This document shows positions 55,693-64,000 of a stretch of DNA of 64,000 nucleotides, piece by piece. A program made the translations under genes and the position numbers. Each line of letters starts with the position of its first letter. The first letter of the stretch is position 1. Under the pieces are notes generated by a model that was given only the letters and a program-made list of their open reading frames with translations, did no database searches and was not told the DNA's origin. Source of the DNA: Lytechinus pictus (taxonomy: Eukaryota); contig NC_087251.1 in the NCBI RefSeq assembly GCF_037042905.1, positions 39,992,001 through 40,056,000 of the forward strand, written 5' to 3'.

Positions 55693-58210
55693 CACAATTT
55701 GGAAAAAGTCTTGCAGACAATATACCATTAACACAAAAGAAATTTACGGATTTCATTCACCAACCAAACGCTAATTCTTTATTTTTAGTGCCAGTACATA
55801 GGAATGATATAATAGAAATAATGAACAACTTAAAAAAATATAAAAAAGCCGTTGTCACGATGCACAGTGGGCCAGAATGAGTTGAAAGTGCGCCAAAATT
55901 ATATTCCGTGTTATATTTTTACTTTAACATGTTGATTAAGGGTAATTTTGGGCGTAGAATCGACTGAACATAATTTAAAGCCGATATAACGTCACTTTGA
56001 TACCAAATTTTGATTGGCTACTTAAAACCTATCTGTGAAAAGACAAATTACGCTAAACAATGTGTAGTATATAAACTTTGTATTATGTGTTACTTTAAGA
56101 TTGACCAGAGTGAATGTTGCTTTATGCTTCTCACATGCCTAAAAAGTGTGGATGAGATCCTCAAAATAATGTTATGGCATCAAAATGATCATTAGATTAA
56201 AAAAATACTTTAAAATCTGAAAAATGTTAACCGTGCTTTATCAAGCGGCGTAGACTTGGGTAAAACGCAGAGTATATAACACCACGAATGTTTTACTATG
56301 AGGAGGGTTTTTGGCTGAAATGATTCTACAAGTAACTTTTATCTCTGGAAGAGGGGGGGGGGGTAGCCCTAATATGCGTGATCAACCTTTATTTTGTTTG
56401 CATTAAGCCCGGAATTCATGTCATTTTCATGAAATGGAAGGGGAATCGTCCTCGCCGTGCAAAAAGTAACGGCAATGTACACCCCACACGGTGCGCTGCA
56501 ATGACTGCGCGGTATAAAAATGACCGTTTTTGAACAGGTTTTGGGGGTGTTGTGTCAAGTAAAATCGGCTCTAACATGAAAACGGTCAAAAACGGGCAGC
56601 TAAATTTGGTATCGCCTTAAAGCTTAGACATCTAGCAAAATGATGATGATAGAATTTAAACGGAAATCCACGGAAATCCAAACGTTTCTAATGTAAATGC
56701 AAAAAACATGGATTATCATCCTATTTCGAGGAACAATTATCCTATAAACCTCCTGAAATGTGTCTTTTATCTAATTTGAACCCTTTCACACGAAAAAAAG
56801 AATATATCACGATTATGTGGGTGCCATTTCAGATTCCTACATGAAAAACCCCCTGTGAAATGGCCTGTTTTTCAACTAGGTTGTCATATGCATGGCATTT
56901 CGCAAAATGTCACATTTTACGATTTGAGGTAGAAAATTAACAACCTTTATGCAAATTCCCGAATGAAATATTTTGCTGAAGTATTCTTCAAAGTGTTGTC
57001 TTTCAGCTGGGCATGACAAAAATTAAAAATCTGAAATTGCCCAAAATGACTTTTGGCGCACTTTTGTTTCGCCCCGGCCCACTGTGCGATGGTATTGACA
57101 ATATTTTATTAAAGAATGTTACAGAATATATTGTTGATCCATTAGTATACATGTACATATTTAATCTGTCTTCAAGAAATGGTGTCGTGCCTGACAATAT
57201 GAAAATATCTAAGATAATACCAGTGCACAAAAAAAGAGAGAAGATTAATGTATGTAGCTATAGACCGATAGCTTTATTGCCCACTTTGTCTAAAGTTACG
57301 GAAAGGGTGATCTATCCAAGATTATTAAAATTTTTGAATGAATATAAAGTAATTTCTGATTTTCAAATTGGATTTCGCAAAAAATGTAGTACATCTCATG
57401 CCACACTCGCATTTATTGACAAAATATCTAAAGCTATTAATAACTTTGAACATACAATAGGTGTTTTTTTGGACCTCTTCAAGGCCTTAAAATCATGAAA
57501 TACTTCTCTACAAACTTGAAAATTACGGAGTTCGTGGGAAGGCCTTGGAGTGGTTCAGAAACTACGTCACAAATCGTAAGCATAAATGAAAAAAATTATT
57601 CTCTACAAAATGTTAACTAGGTTGTTCCCCAAGGCAGCGTCCTGGACCCACTTTTATTTATAATCTATATTAATGACAGCTAGAACTCTTCTGAAATATT
57701 ATCTTATGTCCTTTTTGCTGATGATTCAAATGTGCTCTAATCTCATCGTAACCCCGATATTTTACTTAATGTACTGAACACGGAGCTGGGTAAGTTGGTA
57801 CAATGGATTAGGGCTAACAAATTTTGCGATGAATGTACAAAAAAACTAAATGCATGCTTTTTAGCAATTCTTTAGAAAAATTGCCATTTACTATTAAACT
57901 GGACAATATAGACATTGAAGTTATTACTACAACAAAATTTTTAGGTCTCATAATAGACAAATTATCTTGGAATACACACATTGACTTTATATGTCGTACA
58001 TGCTTTATTCAACATTAATTTTACCATATCTAAATTATAGGACGGTTGTCTTTGGAAATACACACTCAACCTGCCTTGATAGAATAATTGCATTTACAAA
58101 AGAAGGCGCTGCGTGTTATTTTGAACTTGTCCTAGAGATCCCATACATATCACTTGTCTTTCAAAAATAAAATTCTAAAAATTAAAACTCTGTACCAATA
58201 TAACCTAGGT
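55693..58210 (+). pseudogene. Decayed CR1/L2-group LINE reverse transcriptase, split by the Transib element
   Basis: YRPIALLPTLSKVTER, QIGFRKKCST, VFLDLFKA, VPQGSVLGPLLFIIYIND and LFADD motifs with stops and frameshifts. HD^GID is rejoined when the Transib is removed. Confidence 0.85.
55863..57086. mobile_element. Non-autonomous Transib-type transposon with RSS-like ends
   Basis: CACAGTGGGCC...GGCCCACTGTG termini; 5-bp TSD CGATG (55858-62, 57087-91); AAAGTGCGCCAAAA at equal distance from both ends; no transposase ORF. Confidence 0.85.
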
Positions 58211-59098
58211 CATGGAGCTATTAGCACATGGAGATCTGGCTCTCTTGTACACTTTGCCCCTTTCGCATCGCTAATCCCCTCACAGCAGGGTGGTCCATCA
58301 GGGCACTTTCAAATCATGATAATGGTAATTTTTGGTCAAAACATTGTGATTTGGCAAATGAAACCACTTTATCTGGAATCTGGGTGATTTTTACTTAGGA
58401 TCGACCCATTTAATTTGATGTGGTTACAAAAGCATTCTGTTAAGGGACCATTTTCCAAAGAGTGGTCAAAATAGGCATTTTGGTCAAAAATTGGCCAAAA
58501 TGGCCAAAACGGCGCAAGGACGGTCAATAAGAGTCACATTTTCTGAATCAGCACACAATTTTACCTGGATAAGCTTGTCAAACCTTCCCCACCAAAAATT
58601 CTGAATAAAGCCCCCTACATATACATGTATCTCCTAGACTATAACTTCATCTATATTTGTAGTGTTCACATACATGCTGGTGTTTTTCTCCCAAATACGG
58701 GTACTTGGCTTCAAAATCTCGTGTGATAACGATTGAGGAAATATAAAATAAAATGGTTAGATTTAAAGGGAATTTACTGTTTGAAGTTTGATCTTTATTT
58801 TATGCATATTTAGGAGGAAGTTATTATATGCCCTCCTCAACCACCCAAACTTCATTCTCGAGTGTAAGTTCTCTTTCTTACTAATGTTCGTAGCCACGTC
58901 TGGAGCTTTGAATATTGACTGCGCATGCGCAGGCGGGATCTCACGTAATAAATTCCTCTTAAATATTCATAAAATAAAGATCAAACTTTGAATGGTAAGT
59001 TCTCGTTTAATCTTACTATTATATGACATCATTTTAAGCATGGTAAATTCAATGTGCCCGATCATCTTACAACATGTGTTTTCTAAATGTTTGAACAG

Positions 59099-59229
59099 GA
59101 TTTTGCAGCCAATGGTAACGAGAGTGGGATGATGGCTAACTATGTCAAGAGTTTCAGCAATGGTTCTATAGAAGCACACAAAGAAGGATCACGATATTGG
59201 ATTAGAGACAAAGGACCTATTGTGGAAAC
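59099..59229 (+). CDS. DPP3: DPP3 exon 7
   Basis: [11 protein letters not shown]...[22 protein letters not shown](T)|GTAAG. Confidence 0.95.
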
Positions 59230-59338
59230 GTAAGCTACAGAGACATACGATTGAGATATTATATTGATGTATTACTTTTTTGCAATGATATTGATCAATG
59301 TTTTTTTTTGTCTTGCCTGAACGAAGTTCAGCAGAGAC

Positions 59339-59502
59339 CCGGGGAGCGTTTCATGAAAGGAGTTGTCGGACGTTTTATCCGACAAGTCCTATTTTATCCG
59401 ACAGTTACCATAGTAACACTGCTTCTTAGCCAATCAAAATCAAGGAAAGTTGTCGGATCTGACATCTTGTCGGACAAAAATGTTGATGAAACGCTCCCCT
59501 GG
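59339..59502. mobile_element. Small MITE
   Basis: TIR GGGGAGCGTTTCAT / ATGAAACGCTCCCC. Confidence 0.55.
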
Positions 59503-60657
59503 TAATCACTTATCCTGTTAGTCTGTTGTTCTGTTGGTCTGTCAAAAAGGAATAAAGGTTAAAATATATGTTTTGGGCTTCTTACAGCCGACATATCTTT
59601 TAACTTGACTAAGCACACAATATGGGCGTCTTACAGCCGACATATCTTTTAACTTGACTAAGCACTCAATATATCATATTTTATATATTTGAGAAAATCA
59701 TTCTTGAAATCAAACGAGTGCTATGATCTTAGGTGAAGCTGTATATATGCTGCCTACCTGAATACTCTGCCTATATTGATAAAGGCTTAACATTGATGCA
59801 AAACAGTACTTTAAATGTGGACTGTATCCAACTGAGTTCCAATTTTAACTGAGGCCAAAATGCACTGTCACTGAGTTTAAACCTGATCGTTGATCTAGAA
59901 AGTTCCACAGATCAATTGAGTTTAAACTTCCAGTTCATGTTCATTCATGACATAGATTTATTTCATTCCTTGCTGGGCTGCACTAGGCTGGTCCAGAGGA
60001 GTACTGGGCTGGGCAGTACTCTAGTCTAGGCATGGGTGTGTTATAGCACTCTCTGAACTGCAAACTTCCAGATCATCTCTCTGACATGGGCTTGGCTAAA
60101 TTGTTCTTGTCAATTATAGATCTAGTCTATAAAACCTGGGTTGGACTTGGCTTGTTCCAGCTAGGACTAGGTTCTCCACTTTGTCTTGCATTGCCGCTGG
60201 GCTGGGCTGGCTTGGAGACAAATTCTCCGTCTGACTGGTGGCTGTGACAGTCCAATCACAATACTGCTGTCTTGCAGTGTGTCCTTGCAATACCCTTTCT
60301 GTAGGCTGTGTGACAGTGGTAGATTGGCACCCTTTTCCGCGCTGTAGATCTCATACGCTGTGCTTAGCGGCTTAATAATAATAAAGATTGATTTATTACG
60401 TGCATCATGGAAAAAGCTCTCTCTATGCGCTTCACTTTGTAATATTATGTCTTACAATGCAAAGTGCATAGAGAGAGATTTTCTATTAATAACATAGTAT
60501 AAAACATAAGAATGCAAACTAGCTAACTAGGGCATTCTGCCTGTTCATACAGTTCCTTACATTTCAAATGGGAATTGGAGGCAGACAAGCTAATTTTGTT
60601 ATAAAAAAATTACACACGTAAATGTCCTTGTTTTATCTTTTTCCTTGTTTTATCTAG

Positions 60658-60716
60658 ATACATTGGTTTTATTGAGAGTTATCGTGATCCCTTTGGCGTA
60701 AGAGGAGAGTGGGAAG
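60658..60716 (+). CDS. DPP3: DPP3 exon 8
   Basis: TAG|YIGFIESYRDPFGVRGEWE(G)|GTAAA. Confidence 0.95.
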
Positions 60717-60792
60717 GTAAATTAGGTGTCATATTTTAATTATTATTTTTTGTTTAGTGTCGGGCATGGTAGGCTTTATTTCAGTGATTTGT

Positions 60793-61182
60793 ACCGTTTT
60801 TACACACGACTCGGTTCGATTGTTGAATCCTCAAGCAGGGTCGAACGCTGCGAAGAGGGCAACTGTGATCACGTATTCTGAAACAAAAAAGGTGAGTTTG
60901 ACACGGCCCGCGGATCACGAACGAAAGTAGAATAGACATCACAAATATATATATGCTGTGTAGAGGTCATGCGGATTCGACACGGCATTCTGTTCACACA
61001 CATAAAAATAGGCGAGTCTGACTCGGGTCGCGGTTTGAAACCTAAGATTTTTGCGGATCGTAAGAGCCGTGTTCAACACGGCTTGCGGATCACACTGATC
61101 GCGTTTACACAATATAAATTTGCTGTGTTGAGCATGGCTCGCGTGTCGAACCCCCGAGCCGAGTCACTGTGTAAACACGGTA
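60793..61182. mobile_element. CpG-rich MITE
   Basis: TACCGTTTTTACACACGACTCGG / CCGAGTCACTGTGTAAACACGGTA. Confidence 0.55.
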
Positions 61183-63597
61183 CAATGACTCTTAAATCAA
61201 CAAAGTGACCCCAGTCTTAGAAATGAATATTGAGATCAATATACACTTTTCATTTTACATCACATCTGCCCCTTCCTTTGTTATTCCTAAGTCCAGAAAA
61301 CAGACCGGCATTAATTCTTTCCAATCTCTTGCCCCCCCCCCCCTTCCGTCTTTCGAACAAACTCCCATCATCTCTCCAAAACCTCTATTCTGTCGACCTT
61401 ATGCCATTAACAGCGCTTTGCATCCTCTGAAAAAAGCGCTATATAAATCCAATTATTATTGTTAATACAGTCTTTTGTTATGTGTTATCATAGTCATAGG
61501 GAACAAGATGAACAACAGTCAGACTGCAGGTCCCAAGAAAGTGGCTTATTTCATCCAAGTGATATTCATGACTTGAGATGTTTTGCATATTTAATGAGCT
61601 TGATGCGGACCAAAACACCTCTTTTCATTCGGTCATTGCTGCTCTAATTGTGCATCGAATTTCATGAATTTGGTACCATTGTAAAGAAGAAGAATCATTC
61701 TTTCAGGTCATATGTTTGGATTTATTCAAAGATTTTGTAATATAGGTTAACATTTTGATCTAAAATATGCTACAAAATAAATATTTTCACCTGACAAAAG
61801 CTGCTATTTTCACACTTTATTTTTGTTTGAGCCCAAATGATTTTTATATCATGATAAAGCTGAATATATATGCTTTGAAATGATATAGGTTTCAAAATAA
61901 GAATTGGTTTAATCGGGTCAAGATCACACTTTTCATTTGCCAAGTACATAAAACAGTTTGAAAACAAGAATACTGCACTCTGATTGGTCAAAGAGACCAC
62001 ACAATGGCAAATTCCAACGGTCCCAGTGCCTGGGTTCGTGGGAAGGCCACACTTCCCATGTGGTAATCTCCTCAAATACCCCGCGCCTGTTGTTCTGTGA
62101 ACCTTATCCAGCCAATCAGAACTCTGGATTTCTTGCAAGTACAAAATTTCAGAAATCTCGTCTTGTACCTTGGTGGGAAAAGTGTGATCTTGACCCGATT
62201 AAAAGGTGCCGCATATCAAGAGTGGCATTGTGAGAAAGTACAGAAGTTCAGCTTTATGATGATATAGATATCATTGAGGCTCAAAATAAAAAGTTTTGCA
62301 CAATTTGCAAAAGAAAACAGAGGAAGAAAATTCAGTTTTGAGGCACATTTTCAGGCCAGAAATTTACTTATTTAACAAAACGTTGTATACAAAATAAATG
62401 ACCAATATGAAAGAGTAACTTTTACTCTACCTGATGGTGCAATAATATTTCATTTAACTTGAGGTTAAAACAGGTAAATTCTTAGAGAAAGAAAATCTCA
62501 CGAATCATGAGATTTTGCAAGGAGGAGGATTCAGCCGCGAGATGATTTGGATGAATCTGGCCTTTTTGCTCATTAGCATAGGGACCTGCGGTCTGACTGA
62601 CAATAGACATAACACATTACCTTTACATACGAGCTCGTTTGAATACATTAACCTTTTGACCTTGAATTCAACCTTTTGTGTCCAATTATTTTTGGCTGAT
62701 ACGCCACATTCATAACAACCACTACCTTCTCAACAAAATATTACAAATCTGGATTTCTTGTTTGGTTTCTAGCTGTTCTAAAAGCTGGCATACATGATGC
62801 TTCCAGAAAATAATACAGTTCTACACATAAGATATGAATGATGGATGTTGCTTTGACAATTGCTGTGACAATTTTTGAAGAAAATTTCTTTCTATGCAAT
62901 GCAGTGTTACTGGTGCCAGATATTACTGAATAAAGCTCACAATTTAGAAAGTAGAATTGTTTTCAACACTTATCTTTTACATTCTGATCCACAAATTTAC
63001 ATTATCAATATTCAACTCGGTCACGAATCTTTATATGAGGCCGCCATCAATTTCAAGCTTAACCGCTCACGATGGCTGTCTCCTGCGTTCATTAAGTATT
63101 ATCATTGGTATGATTAAGTTAGGATTATGCTCACATCATTATTTTGTATATTCATCATGTATTATGATGACTATCTTGTTTATTTTATGGATTATTTTGT
63201 ATGTTGCATATAATTATGTCACATTGATATTGTATTAGTTGAATGCAGAAATAAAAGCAAACAAACAATATTGAGGATTCTTTTAAGAATCTTATTTCTA
63301 ATTTTAATCATTTCTATGAACACTTGTATACTTGTACATTGTATACAAACATATCTGTTGTTAATTTTGGGGGAACATTAGGAACTATTGTCACAAAAAA
63401 TTGTGTGTCATTGGATGAGAACCGTGAGGTGCACAGCACTTTATGAAAATTTAGCTTTTTATGATGTCAATTACCCTATGTACCAAATATGAGCAAATTT
63501 TAGGATTTAGCCCAGTTGGATGAATTGACATGGAATGACCCTTTACCTTTCTGAGTGGATCATGGTTTTTGCAATCTTTTTTGTTTTGATAATTTAG

Positions 63598-63792
63598 GCT
63601 TTGTTGCTATGGTAAACAAAGAGATGAGTGCCAAGTTCACTGACCTGGTAGCGAATGCTGAGAATCTTCTTCCTCTTCTTCCATGGCCCAATGAATACGA
63701 GAAAGATACATTCCTACGACCTGACTTCACCTCCCTTGATGTATTGAGCTTTGCATCTTCAGGAATACCAGCAGGCATCAACATTCCAAATT
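63598..63792 (+). CDS. DPP3: DPP3 exon 9 (gene continues beyond the window; the HELLGH zinc motif is not reached)
   Basis: [10 protein letters not shown]...[36 protein letters not shown]. Confidence 0.95.
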
Positions 63793-64000
63793 GTGAGCGA
63801 GAATTTATTGTTAAAAACCAACATCTTAATGGGGCAATTCCCGTGAAATAATACTCTTTTTTTTCTCCAGTAGGCATTAACATTCCAAATTTTGAGCATT
63901 TATTTAATTACACATAAACATGTTAAAAGGGTGAATTCCATGAAATAATTTGCTTTTTTTCACCGGCAGGCATCAGCTTGCCAAATTGTGAGCATTTATG
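63768..64000 (+). repeat. Tandem repeat (96-99 bp) containing the end of DPP3 exon 9 and its donor
   Basis: CCAGCAGGCATCAACATTCCAAATTGTGAGC recurs in diverged form at 63867 and 63963. Confidence 0.8.

Noticed and set aside
57013..57498. 161-aa ORF as a gene
   Set aside because: Chance fusion of the Transib right end with the decayed LINE RT; it stops early and downstream motifs are frameshifted.
59583..59670. Direct repeat with a period of about 49 bp; also a duplication of about 75 bp at 47540/48070
   Set aside because: Ordinary local slippage or repair duplications with no further structure.

Overview
AT-rich, intron-rich animal genomic DNA; the repeat landscape suggests an invertebrate deuterostome such as a sea urchin (inference). 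There are two host genes in head-to-head orientation: a two-pore (K2P/KCNK) potassium channel on the minus strand (two coding exons, 437 aa) and the first nine coding exons of dipeptidyl peptidase 3 (DPP3) on the plus strand, which continues past the window end. Between them lies a 2.5-kb fold-back Tc1 (DD34E) element with an intact transposase and 1,044-bp near-perfect inverted arms. Introns and intergenic DNA are packed with nested non-autonomous elements: Kolobok-like (TTAA), Helentron/HINE-like, Tc1/hAT-like MITEs, tRNA-derived SINEs and a decayed CR1/L2-type LINE. Main highlights: a Transib-type element with V(D)J RSS-like ends and a 5-bp target duplication; the palindromic Tc1; a strand switch of the HINE-like elements across the divergent promoter region; and a tandem repeat that copies a DPP3 exon end and splice donor. 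All coordinates were read by eye and no database searches were run.
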